A DNA stretch of 61,988 nt, filler included, from Choristocarpus tenellus KU-1152 (Eukaryota > Protista > Phaeophyceae): NCBI GenBank assembly GCA_964200185.2. It is 10 parts of 10 records of this genome, joined end to end, with 100 filler letters (N's around TTAATTAATTAA, not from the genome) between each part and the next. Parts side by side here need not be neighbours in the genome. Positions count along the whole stretch, not along the records: positions 47,932 to 52,899 come from CAXNAD020012340.1; positions 53,000 to 61,988 come from CAXNAD020004112.1; 8 more parts are not named here. One strand, given 5' to 3'. Positions 51,201-61,988 of this stretch are shown piece by piece. Each line of letters starts with the position of its first letter. Positions within the stretch are counted from its first letter, which is position 1. Below the pieces are notes generated by a model. That model was given only the letters and a program-made list of their open reading frames with translations. It did no database searches and was not told the DNA's origin. A program made the position numbers and the translations under genes.

Positions 51201-52093
51201 GTCTTGAGTTCGAAATGGTAGGAGTATGATTTTGTCAGGGATGAGTCTGGTTCGTGTGGGTTGGAGTTGGGGAGAGATGGAGGAATAAGGGAGAGAGGGA
51301 TGGGGGGGGGATTTGACAAAAATGTGTTCCAGGGTTAGGGTTGTGGCAAGAAAAATTTTGGGATTAGGGTTAGGTTTGGGGTTAGGGTTGAGAACATTTG
51401 GTGTTATTAGGGTTAAAAAGGCTCAAGTATCTGAGGGGGGGGGGGTGGCGGGTGTCCATTTGGGGCCTATTTTTTCATGTCGCGATTTTTGTTTTATTTT
51501 ATTTGGTTGCATGTGTCAGATAGATGATGTAAGTGCACCTGTCCTGGTCAGGGTCCAAATGGACACCCTGGTGTAGACCCCCCCCCCCAGATACTTTAAG
51601 TCAAAAGTTTGTTGAAGGGAGTATTTTTTATTGAACCTTTGATGAGAACAGCATCACCTTGGCATAACAGCACGATCTAAGACTCATGACGCAGACACAA
51701 CCATACTGCATACTGGTTATTTTATTATTGTTAATATTTATTTTTGTTTTGTTTATTTTGGTGAGATAGAAATGGCATGTAGTGTGTGTAGCAGACGAAG
51801 GCAAGTACTTGGGGTTAGGATTAGGGTTAGGGTTAGGGTAGTCTTTGTTACGACCTTTTAAATTTGATTTGACGATTTAAAAACAGACTTGGCACGATTT
51901 GTACACACTGGCCTACAGAGCGCATTTAAAAAAGTTATTTGAATGTACTCATGTGCTATCGATGTGTGTATATACGTACATGTGTACAGGTGGATCCTGT
52001 CAAGGGTCGGATCTTGATAGTAATGGAGATGGGAGACATTGACTTGGCCGGACTGCTGAAGGAGCACAAGTCCACTGGAACAATTCCCTCCAG
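48212..52093 (+). CDS. MPS1: Mps1/TTK-like dual-specificity kinase, N-lobe exons, partial
   Basis: Exons 48212-48379, 51017-51157 and 51990-52093: VTVNGTAYVKFGLIGKGGSSKV-VLALKHV...YANEIALLKSLRG...VIQLEDAE-V...IVMEMGDIDLAGLL. GGSSKV, NEI and E-x-G-x-x-DL are Mps1-typical. Confidence 0.88.
48540..48662. repeat. Intronic minisatellite, about 23-29 bp, 5 units
   Basis: Repeated TTTGTATA(C/T)GATG(C/T)CATTGTT. Confidence 0.85.
48909..49115. repeat. Intronic 30-bp minisatellite, about 7 units
   Basis: (GGTATTGATAATAGTCTTTGTGATTGTTAT)n. Confidence 0.95.
50770..50995. repeat. Intronic minisatellite of about 57 bp, 4 units, just upstream of an Mps1 acceptor
   Basis: Repeated TACATAGATAGGTATTGATATCTTTAGTATGATAATAAAA. 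Confidence 0.9.
51420..51602. mobile_element. MITE family B, full-length, intronic
   Basis: Reverse-orientation match; AAAA/AAAA flanks. Confidence 0.9.
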
Positions 52094-52485
52094 GTTTGTG
52101 TAGGTTAGATTAGGGTTAGGGTTAGGGTTAGGGTTAGAAATGTAAGTATATATTTTTTTCATTTGAGCATAGTTCAAAAGGAGAGCATCTTGATGAGCAA
52201 AAAATTGAAAAGGCAGGGTTTATAGGTTAGGGTTAGGGTTTAGAAGTTGGGAAGTTTTTTGTATATTTTTGTTTTTCCTTCATTAGAGGAAAATCTTTTT
52301 ATAGGCTTGTAGGTAACATATATTTTTCTTACGTGTGTGGATGTTCCCCCTGCCTGTCAGTACCATGAACAAAACGGATGACATGCTTTCTTATTTTTTT
52401 CTAGGCAAGATTAAAATAAAATTATTGAATATACATATATATATATTTATTTGATGATGTGCTGAGTATCAACATGTGGTATTTG

Positions 52486-52540
52486 AAAGCATACCTTTGT
52501 AGTGAACAAAAGCGTCATTTACACTACAAAGGTATGCTTT
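52486..52540. repeat. Perfect 19-bp inverted repeat with a 17-nt spacer
   Basis: AAAGCATACCTTTGTAGTG (52486-52504) and CACTACAAAGGTATGCTTT (52522-52540). Confidence 0.92.
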
Positions 52541-53036
52541 GATGTATATGTCGATGCACTTCTTATCATGGTTTCATTTCTCCCAGAGTTGCTGGGGCAT
52601 GGGGGGAGGGAGTATAGACATGTGAAGGCTTGCTCCAAAGGCTCTATGGTTGTTATGGTTTTAACACTTGGAACTTGTTAGTTTTAGGGAAGAGTTGATT
52701 TGTATAATTTGTTTTTTTTTCCTCATGATAAAAAGACATTCTCAGGAGTACATAATTATTTTGTTTTTCATGCTGATGCAGATACCGAAAATATTTTTAT
52801 ATATATTGTAATAAGAAAAATATATTGATTTCTTCTACTACAAAGTAATTTGTAAAAAAAAAATGTCGACAACAATTAGCAAATGAACCCCCCAAACTAN
52901 NNNNNNNNNNNNNNNNNNNNNNNNNNNNNNNNNNNNNNNNNNNTTAATTAATTAANNNNNNNNNNNNNNNNNNNNNNNNNNNNNNNNNNNNNNNNNNNNT
53001 TTTTTTGTTTTTTTTGTTGTTGTTCTTTTTGGGGGT

Positions 53037-53069
<33 letters not shown>

Positions 53070-54938
53070 GGAAGGGGGTCGTAAGATGAAATTTGTTTTT
53101 GTGGTTGGGAGTTCGGTGTATCATTAATAGGTGGTGTTGGGTTTGTTACTTGGGTGTGAGGCGTGTGTGTGTTTTTGTTTTTTTTAAGTTTGTGTTTTGG
53201 AAGTAGGTAGTGTTGTCTCTAGGTGGTATTAGTAGATAACAAACTGTTGATGATTCAGCAAGTATTTTTCTCAGGAGGAACTGCAAAGAAACCTGTTTTT
53301 ACGTATGATTATGTGTGTGATTATGTGTATGATTATGTGTGTGTTCGTAGAGCAGAGTTGCAGAAGAAGTGTCCTACGGCGGTGATGCGACATCAGCCAG
53401 CGTCTGTGGAAGAGAACGTTTAGTGTGTTTTTGTTGATCATATTGTACCGTTGACGGTATATGTTGACTTATACCACTTGGTTATACCACTGTTGGTATT
53501 GTTGGTGGCAGGTGCTGCGAGATTTGTTCGTGCCTTGAACATTTTTTTTTTTTGGTTGAGACAATTTTTGGATCTTTAGTGTGTAGATTTTTTATTAAAA
53601 GCAACAAGTTATTTATTAGAATTATGCTCATGTTTTTTTTTATAACCTGGAGTTGACTTTTGTAGAATTTTATGTGAGTTGTGTGTTCTGAAGATATTTT
53701 GTGTTAGTTTAAATTGTAAAGGTGGTATGAAAAAATAAGAAAAAATAATAATAATAATAATGAATATTGAAGGAAACCGACATGGGTTAGGGTTAGGGTT
53801 GTTTTGATAGGTCATTGGGAGGAGCTTGCGTTGGATAAAACATGTATCTAGATTTTAGACTCCAGTTGACTGGTGTATTTGATATATTTTATTCTATGTG
53901 AAGAAGTGGGAGTTGAGGGGTTGGGGGATGTATTTTGGTTCAGGTCGATGTTTGATAAGTAAGATAGGATGTATTATTGTTTTTTTAACAGTTTGTGGAG
54001 GATTTATGATGGGTGATCTTTGGAAGGCGAGACAATAGGACGGGCATGTGTTCATTTTAATCAAAAATAAATTTGAATTATGTTGATTACACTTTTGAAT
54101 AATTTTTTTTTTGGGGGGGGGAGGGAAGGGGGGCGGGATCGTTACACTGCCACGCCTCCCAATCTATTATAAATACTATTCTATTGTGTGCTTCACTATG
54201 TTGTGCCCATTGTGAGAGATAGGGTGGGAATGAATTAAGAGTTGGTGAGATTTGATTGGATAAACACCAACAAACACGCCTAACATGTAATACCCACATT
54301 TTATAGATTCAAATTATGGGATGTTACGTTTAGAAAATCAAGTTTGTGTTCTAATCCTATTGCTGTGTGTGTTCTTGCAACCCTTTTTTTTTCTTACATG
54401 TATTTAAAAAAAAAATCGAGGTCACAGTACAGGTACTGTGAAACGTGCACTGATGTTTTTGTGCAAATTTTACACCAGGTGTTTTTTATTTTTTGTTCTT
54501 GTGACTAGTGTGAAATGTTGTTCTTGTTGGGGTTAGGGTTATGGGTTGTGTGTTGTGGTTTGAACAATTCTCTGATTGGGTTTTGTCTAGAGATGATTAC
54601 AATTGATGTTTTTGTTTTTTTGAGTGTGAGGGTCCTTGGGTTGGAACGTTTTTTTACTTTGGGTTAAGATTAGGGTTAGGGTTGTTGGAAACAGGAAGGA
54701 GTTGATATTAGTTTCTAGATAAATAGGGTGTCTAGAAAAAGATCGAGTTGTTTGTTTACTGGATGAAAGTTATTTTATTTTATTTTGTTTTTTGAAGGCG
54801 ATGGGTAGAATGTCTGTGATGTCTGTGGGTAGAATGTCATTTTTGGTTCTGTGATATCTGTGTGATGTCTGTGATGTCTGTGTCCCTTATCTGAATCCAC
54901 AGTTTTGTGTTAATTGTAGGGATATCATCTTGGGGGTA

Positions 54939-55115
54939 GGATTGTTGGTCTGGGGGGGGGGGGTGCTGGCTGTCCATTCAGGGTCCATATTTCCATGTTG
55001 TGGTTTTGAGTGAATTTAGTTGATGCGTCGGATGGATAATGTAAGTTAACCTCTCTTGGTCAAGGGCTGAATGGACACCCTGGTGTAGACCCCCCCCCCC
55101 CAGATAGGTTGAGCC
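54939..55115. mobile_element. MITE family B, diverged copy
   Basis: G-run, GCTGTCCATT...GGATGGATAATGTAAGT...AATGGACACCCTGGTGTAGACCCCC...CAGATA..TTGAGCC. Confidence 0.82.
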
Positions 55116-55815
55116 TATACCCTAAGTTGTCTATTGTTGTCTGTGGGCGCTTGATAGATTTTCTTGTTTTGGTTTATGAAGGCTATGCAATGCTTTTTTT
55201 CATTGAGGTGGTGTCTGAAACAATTTGGTAAGAGGTTGTTGTGTATGAAATGGTAACAATCGAATTGATCAACTCTGTTTTTGATACACTTTGGTTGGAA
55301 GAGGTTGGAAAAGGTCAGAAAGGTATTACCGGAGTGATAAGAGTAGAAAGCAGGACTATGCATTTAAAAAAAATAATGTAATTGGATGTGGACATTTTAA
55401 TATGGACATGATTGGTGTAAATAGTTTAAACAAATCATGTGGAAGCATTGGACACAATGTCGTGATTTAAAAGACTTACATGCCCTGAATGAATTGACAA
55501 GAAATAGTCAACATAAGGTAGGTTGAGAACTGTGATTGCAACCAACTTTAATGGTGACCTTTTACTCCTCTAATTATTCTCATTTGTTAAAAATAAAAAT
55601 TCTTTTGACACTCTAAATACTGTTCTCAAGTCTCACATCCACCTCTCACCCTTGCCTTCCTCCTATTCCTACTCCTACTGTTTCTTGCTGCTTACTTTTT
55701 TGTGGGCTGGTGATGGCTGACTGTTGTCTGCTTGTGATGGTGGTGGTGGTGATGATGATGATTATGATGCTGGTGGTGATGGTGGTGATGATGATGATGA
55801 TGATGATGGAGACAG

Positions 55816-58800
55816 TAATGCGGTAGCGGTCATTGTTACCTTATTGTTCATGTTCTACCTCTCATGGCAGTTAACATTGGTGGCATTCATCAGTGTTCCT
55901 ATTATCATTGTTGTGTGCAACTTGTACGGACAGTATATTCGTAAACTGGCCAAGCTCTCGCAGGTGAATGACATCTGCCTCCCCTCTCCCGCTCCCCCAT
56001 GACTCTTGCCTCTATCCCTGATCCTAACGCTAATCTAGCCCCTGATGTAGTACTGTGATAGTAATTATATATAATAATAATAATAATAGTATCCGTAGAG
56101 CTGTATTGTGTCTGGAAAAAGTAAGACGGATGTCTGGAAATGTTAATCAGTTGGTCGATGAGATCACAGAGAGGGAAAAAGTAAAAATGAGAGGGGGAGA
56201 GGGGATAGCTTGGAAGGCTTCTTGTATCGATTTGATTTAGGTGTTGTGTGCTATTGCATTCAAAATGAAAATAATAAAAAAAACATTGAATAATAATGGT
56301 AATAATAATAATATTTTAGTGAGACGTATGTCTATGTAAGTAGTGTTGGTATTTTTTATTTTTTGTAGTGGAGTTATAGGGTCAGAGATGAATTTTTTAT
56401 TTTTGTTTTATTAGGGTTAGGGTTGTGAGTGAAAGTATTTTTTGATGATCAGTGTTAGAGATGGGAGGATAAATACATAAATATTTATGTATGTATACAG
56501 CATGTATGTGTGTGTGTGTATTTTTGTTACACCAATGAATGCCTACCATGGTGAACAAGAAAGAGTTTATTTAAAGATGAGTATGTTATTGTATGCTTCT
56601 TATTAATAGTATGAGTGTTAGGGTCAGGGATGTATTGAGTCTGTAGGAAGTAGTACTGTGTTTGTTCTGAGTGTTGTGTGGAGTTAATAGGGAAGTGTAC
56701 TGTATTATTGTGCTCTTTTTATACTGATTGGAACTACAGGATGGATTTGGCTTACACATTTAGCCAATAGGATGTCTTGTATCTTCCTCGTATGTTACAT
56801 TTAGCCAATAGAATGTCTTGTATCTTCCTTGTATGTTACGTTTAGCCAATAAGATGCATTGGCTATGGAATGTACTGTCACCAACCCAGTTAATTTCACA
56901 CAACTTCAAGGAAGTAAATATTGAAGAAAAAAGAAATTGGTCTGTTGATTTGATTGAGGATGAATACGATATTGTTCCTAACTGGACGTAAGGGGACAGA
57001 TTACCTTTATAATTGATATGTGTTATAATTTTTATTGACAATATGCATATCCAGTACTTGATACTGTCATCAGTTTCTTTCACAGTCATACAGTTCCCCT
57101 GAGTCCATAAATTTAATGTCCATAAATTTAAATTTAATTTTACTTCCCCGCATACCTTCCAATTGAGAACAATTGTTGACTTTTTTGTTTCATGATAGAT
57201 GTTCGAAAGTAGGGAGGGGGAGGGGGAGGGTGTGTGCCGGAACAAGAACGGAAGAGGGCAATGCGGGTGGCTTCTGGAGTGTATAAGTATTATTACAAAA
57301 AAAAAGTGGTTATGATTAAGAATTTTATGTTGCCAGTAGTAATAGAAGAATGCTTTTTATATTTTAAAAAAATCTTTTTGCTGTTGAAACTGTCACACCA
57401 TTTCCCACATATTGCAATAAAAGTGCATATTTTTTACTATTTTTATTAGCCATACTATTATTATTACCGTTGATACTACTGGTAGTTTGCAATCACCTGT
57501 GTATATGTGTATGTGTATATATATGTGTGTGTATTTTGTCTGTCTCGTGACATTTTTTTTTAATGATATTTGCAGGATGCACTTGCTGAAGGAGGTACTG
57601 TGGCAGAGGAGAGTCTCTCTTCAATGACTACCGTTAGGTCTTTTGCTGCAGAGAACATTCAGGTCCAGAGCTACAATGAGGTGTTGAAAAAGTGAGAAAT
57701 GATAAGAGAAGAGAAATGATAGAAAAAGGATAGAGAAGAGAAATGATAAGAGAAGAGAAAGGCAGCAGGAAGGAGAAGACAAGGTTGCATGTGAGGTAGA
57801 GGTTATGGTTAGGGTGTAGAAAGGTTCAGGTTGTACCAGGTTGTGATTATTTATCCTCTAAAGTTCATGGATTGCTGCAACCTGTGAATGGGTTAGGGTA
57901 AGGGTTAGTGGTTTGGTATGACAATATGAGGATTACTGATGGTGTAAGGTAAATGAATCATACCGTGGTCTATTTATTTGACAGTAGTCATACCATACAA
58001 TAGTTATACCCTACAGTAGCTACACCAAACTGCCTGTCATACCGATTATAGTATCCCCAATGCTGCTATGTCCAGGGTTTGACTTGGAAGAGTGTCACCT
58101 GTTGATGATCTCGATTTTTTTGTGATGTAGGTTGTCATTTTGGTCTTTGTTGTGAAAGTTTTGTTAATGTAAAGAAGCATTTTTTCAGGGACTGATTGTG
58201 ACAGGTACGTTTTTTGTCTTAGGACATTTTTTTTGTTATCACATGTCTATCTTTGCAGCAAGCAGTAATCAGCTTCTTTATTTTTTTATGATTCGTGTGT
58301 TTGTGTCAACTGCCATCAAGAGAAGTAAGGTTTGATGTTGGTGATGCACTTCCTGTTTAGATGCCAACCAAGGGTGGGGTGTGCTTGTTTTGCTTTTTGA
58401 TTGGTAGGCGTTTTGATGTTTTATTTGTGTGTGTTGTTGCCTTCTAGGGTTAGGGTTAGGGTTATACATGGTACATCCAGTATGTTTTTGACAATTGAGT
58501 ATGGGGAAAGTATCTCAAAGTTGTAAAGGAATTTTGAGCGTGAAAAATGAAGTGTGAAGGGTTGGGGTTAGGGTTAGGGTTAGAGGATTCCAAATTTTGT
58601 TTTAGTTTCAAGTTTGTTGTGAGAAGGTAAAACGATGATCTTAGCCATACTTGAGAAGTGAGAAATCCTCCCTAACTATTGTATTTGACCTGAGGATTAT
58701 CACATGGTATGTGTCAGTTTGAAATGGAGGCATCTTGTTGGCTCTGCTTCACGCCCATATCTTCCCGCTGGTGTCAATATTGTTGTCTTTGTTGTGCCCA

Positions 58801-61086
58801 TCTAATCTCGGAATGAATCTCAGATTCTATTAGCTGGGAGTTAACTGTTGTCTTTGTTGTGCCCATCTAATCTCGGAATGAATCTCAGATTCTATTAGCT
58901 GGGAGTTAACTGTTGTCTTTGTTGTGCCCATCTAATCTCGGAATGAATCTCAGATTCTATAAGCTGGGAGTTAACTGTTGTCTTTGTTGTGCCCATCTAA
59001 TCTCGGAATGAATCTCAGATTCTATAAGCTGGGAGTTAACTGTGGTGTTGCCTACACGTTTTATAGCATCTTCTATTGCCTATTGCCCCAATTGGTCACT
59101 GCTGTGGTCCTCTTCTATGGTGGCATGCTGGTGATGGAGGGACAGCTTAGTGGAGGGAAGGTGGGGTGCTGGTGCTGAATGGGAGGGGAAGAACTGTACA
59201 ATGGGTTAAATTTTGTGTATGCTTGGGTGTTTACTTTATTTTAACTGTTATTACTCTGACAGTCTTGAGTTACCAAGTAGCTTGTAAGGTGCCTTTGTCA
59301 GTTTAGCTCATTTCGCAGGGAGAGGATTTTCTGGAACGGACTTTGTGCCTTGTGAACAGGCTGGTTAGTTGAGACAAATTGATGTATCTCAATGATATAT
59401 ATCTTAATGATATATATCTGGCCTCCTCCGAATGGAATTGTGTTGGCCTTTTATCTCTGTTCATGTCCTTGAGACTTGAGTTTCAAGGTATATTTTTTAT
59501 TTGGTCATTATTGTTTCTTTTTCTGTTTATCTAACTCTAACTGTAACAGAAGTGAAGATATTGATTGTAAGTATTACTATTATGCTGTTATATTACAGGG
59601 GACTCTTGTCTGTATTGGGGAATAAAATGTTAGGATAGTGTAACATGTACTGCTGATGACATGGTATATATAATGGTATAACATGTACTGCTGATGACAC
59701 TGTATATATAATGGTATAACGTGTACTCCTGATGACACTGTATATGTAATGGTATAACATATACTGTTGTTTCATTTAATGATCTATCACTTCACTTTGA
59801 AGTATTGGTACACTGTAATGATTAGAAGACCTGTCACATTTATCTCCTGGTTTGTTGGATAAAAAGTTTTACTATATTGTAAGTAGGCATTTTGGCGAGA
59901 TATATCCTTGTATCCAGGTATCAAATAGATTCAAAAATAGTATGACCAAAGATTTTGAGGCCTGATAGGGAGATTTCCATCAAACATATATTGGGGATTT
60001 GGGTGAATCAGTAGGACATTTTAAAGTATACCCCCCAAAGTACATGTACATATATATGTGGTGATGGTGTGTAGAAGGTATATACTGTCTTTGTTTTGTT
60101 AGGGTAAGGGTTAGTTATGTTGTATCATTCTGTTGGGATTTTTTAGTATCAACTTTTATTATTATTATTATTATTTGAATGGTGTGGGGGAGTTAAGGAA
60201 ATCATAGGTTCATAAGGTGTGGTTGGTGTGAAGAAGGCTTAGAGGTGGAGCTGGTTGTGATTTGGGGCTGTTTGTTGTGGTTAGGGACAGTGATTGACTG
60301 CTTATGTATAGATTAAAACGTGTTTTTTAAGTTGTGGGGGGGGGGGGGCATATTGTTTGTCAGTCACATTTCAAAAGAGTCGTGTCTACGTTAGTAGTGG
60401 GTTTTTGTGTTTGAATTAAATGATTATTGTTTGTTTAAATTGAATTATTATTATTTGTTCAGGATGGTTGGAACGGTCTGTGGGGGGGGGGGTCCCTTAG
60501 TAACTATAATTGCACGAGGTGATGTCAGATTTTGTTACTTTGGCGGAGTATTGTAGAATCCCAGTGTGACGTTACTGTAAAACTTGAGTAGGCAGGCCTC
60601 TTTATCACTGCAATAACCGATCCCCTTGCTATGTGTTTCTTGTTATGGAAGGGTTTTGGTTTGGTTTTGAAAGAGCAAACCGTACTGAAATTGTTTGAAT
60701 TAAAATGTTTGAATTGATGCTGAGAAGAGGAAGGAGCCAAGAACTTGACCAGTGTGTTGTCTTTACTTTTGTTGTTGTAGAGGGACTGACTGGTGCAGTC
60801 GGCAAGGGAGGTGAGGTGAGTTGGGGGTTGTTACTATAATATAAGGTGTGTGTGTGAAATTTCAAAGTGTTGTTGTCATGGTCCTGTTGACTTTTCTTTT
60901 TTAATTATTTGAATTACTTGGAATGTTTGAAGTTACTTGCATATGCACTGACCGGACCCTTTTTTTCTATTTTTTTTGTAAAAGGTGGTGGCGTTTATGC
61001 TCTACTTGACACAGCTTTCTGATAGCTTCAACAGTATGGCTGACATCTTCTCCTCCATGACTCAGGCAGTGGGTGCTGCTGATAAG
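55816..61086 (+). CDS. ABCB-family half transporter (TAP/ABCB9-like), transmembrane-domain exons, partial
   Basis: Phase-consistent exons 55816-55963, 57576-57691, 59019-59160 and 60985-61086: MFYLSWQLTLVAFISVP...YGQYIRKL-DALAE...AEESLSSMTTVRSFAAE-...VLFYGGMLVMEGQLSGG-...FMLY...QAVGAADK. Confidence 0.92.
58781..59040 (+). repeat. Four 65-bp tandem units spanning an intron/exon junction
   Basis: Units start at 58781, 58846, 58911 and 58976. They are identical except TATTAG (units 1-2) versus TATAAG (units 3-4). Confidence 0.97.
59637..59768. repeat. Intronic minisatellite of about 39 bp, about 3.3 units
   Basis: Repeated TAACATGTACTGCTGATGACACTGTATATATAATGGTA. Confidence 0.88.
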
Positions 61087-61988
61087 GTAAAGGGGTTTTA
61101 TATTGTTGTGTGGTGAGTGCCTGTCTGCTCGTAGGCTGTTGAAATGGTTGAGACTGAAGGTCCTGTGAACGCTAGGGGGGTTTCTCAGAGGCTTTTCACG
61201 TTAACCTGGAGGCGTGTTTTATGTGAGTTGACCCACTGTACTGGTGCTGTAGGGTTAGGGTTAGTTGAGGTCTGTATGTGGTGGTTGCTTGCTCCGATCA
61301 TTGGTATTTATTTGGAGTTTATAATTGGAGAGGCTTTCTTTTGGTGCAGTTGTTCTATTTTGTTATGTACGATATTTTTTTTATAATTATCTGTGCTCAG
61401 TAGTGCTGTGCAGTGTAATTTTAAAACAGCGTTTGCTATTTTTTTCCGTTTGGTTTGTTGAGTGTTATGTTAATATGGTTGTACTGAACTATTGTACAGT
61501 CCCTTCAGTGCTCTATATGGTTTTGTAGTATTTGGGAGGGGTTGTCATACAGTATGTGTATCTCCCATGTGTGTAAACTGCTAAACAACCTGGTGTCATC
61601 CCACCGCCCCATCCCCTCCCCCAGCATTTTCAACAGAAGCATCATCACATGATAGTCGTCAACTAGTCCAGAAATTTCGTGTTTACCACAAAACTAGCAG
61701 TTGGCAGAGTGATATGGTGCTATGATATGGTATGTAATTCCACATATAAATCTCTCTCCATATATATATATATATATTTATTTTGTACAATATTGTTTCT
61801 CTTTTCGATGATGAACAAAAATAGCCCTCAGTGGTACAAGTAATTTAACATATGAATCTATATATTATGTATGTACGTATACTATACAATATTGTTTTTC
61901 ATTTTTGTTTATTTATTTTCACACTGTAGCAAGGACAAAACAAGACCTTGTTTTTTATAGTGCTGCACCTACCACCCTAACCCCCCCC

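Noticed and set aside
58781-59040. CRISPR-like array
   Set aside because: Head-to-tail units with no unique spacers, inside a eukaryotic intron, and no cas genes.

Overview
This is eukaryotic nuclear DNA, not one locus. Ten unrelated contigs are joined by artificial 100-nt spacers (N44-TTAATTAATTAA-N44): 1-5250, 5351-10739, 10840-13868, 13969-17310, 17411-35811, 35912-40466, 40567-44316, 44417-47831, 47932-52899 and 53000-61988. Short exons, long GT-AG introns with TTAGGG runs, an axonemal dynein and the transposon types suggest a stramenopile, probably a brown alga or close relative (inference). Spliced genes reconstructed by hand: an axonemal dynein heavy chain fragment, an NT-C2 domain protein, an 8-exon aquaporin with one in-frame TAA, an EF-hand-like protein, a NOG1-family GTPase 3' end, an Mps1/TTK kinase fragment and a TAP-like ABCB half-transporter fragment. 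There is also an intact tRNA-Ala(AGC) and one intronless basic ORF. The main non-genic signal is a pair of abundant MITE families (about 259 bp and about 181 bp). They share G-N4-AAAGTATCT termini and 3-4 bp target duplications, and a decayed Sola2-like transposase in the window is their plausible partner. Remnants of pogo-like, Copia and Harbinger-like elements and several tandem repeats are also present, including a 4x 65-bp duplication of a splice acceptor. All family assignments come from motif recognition; no database searches were run.
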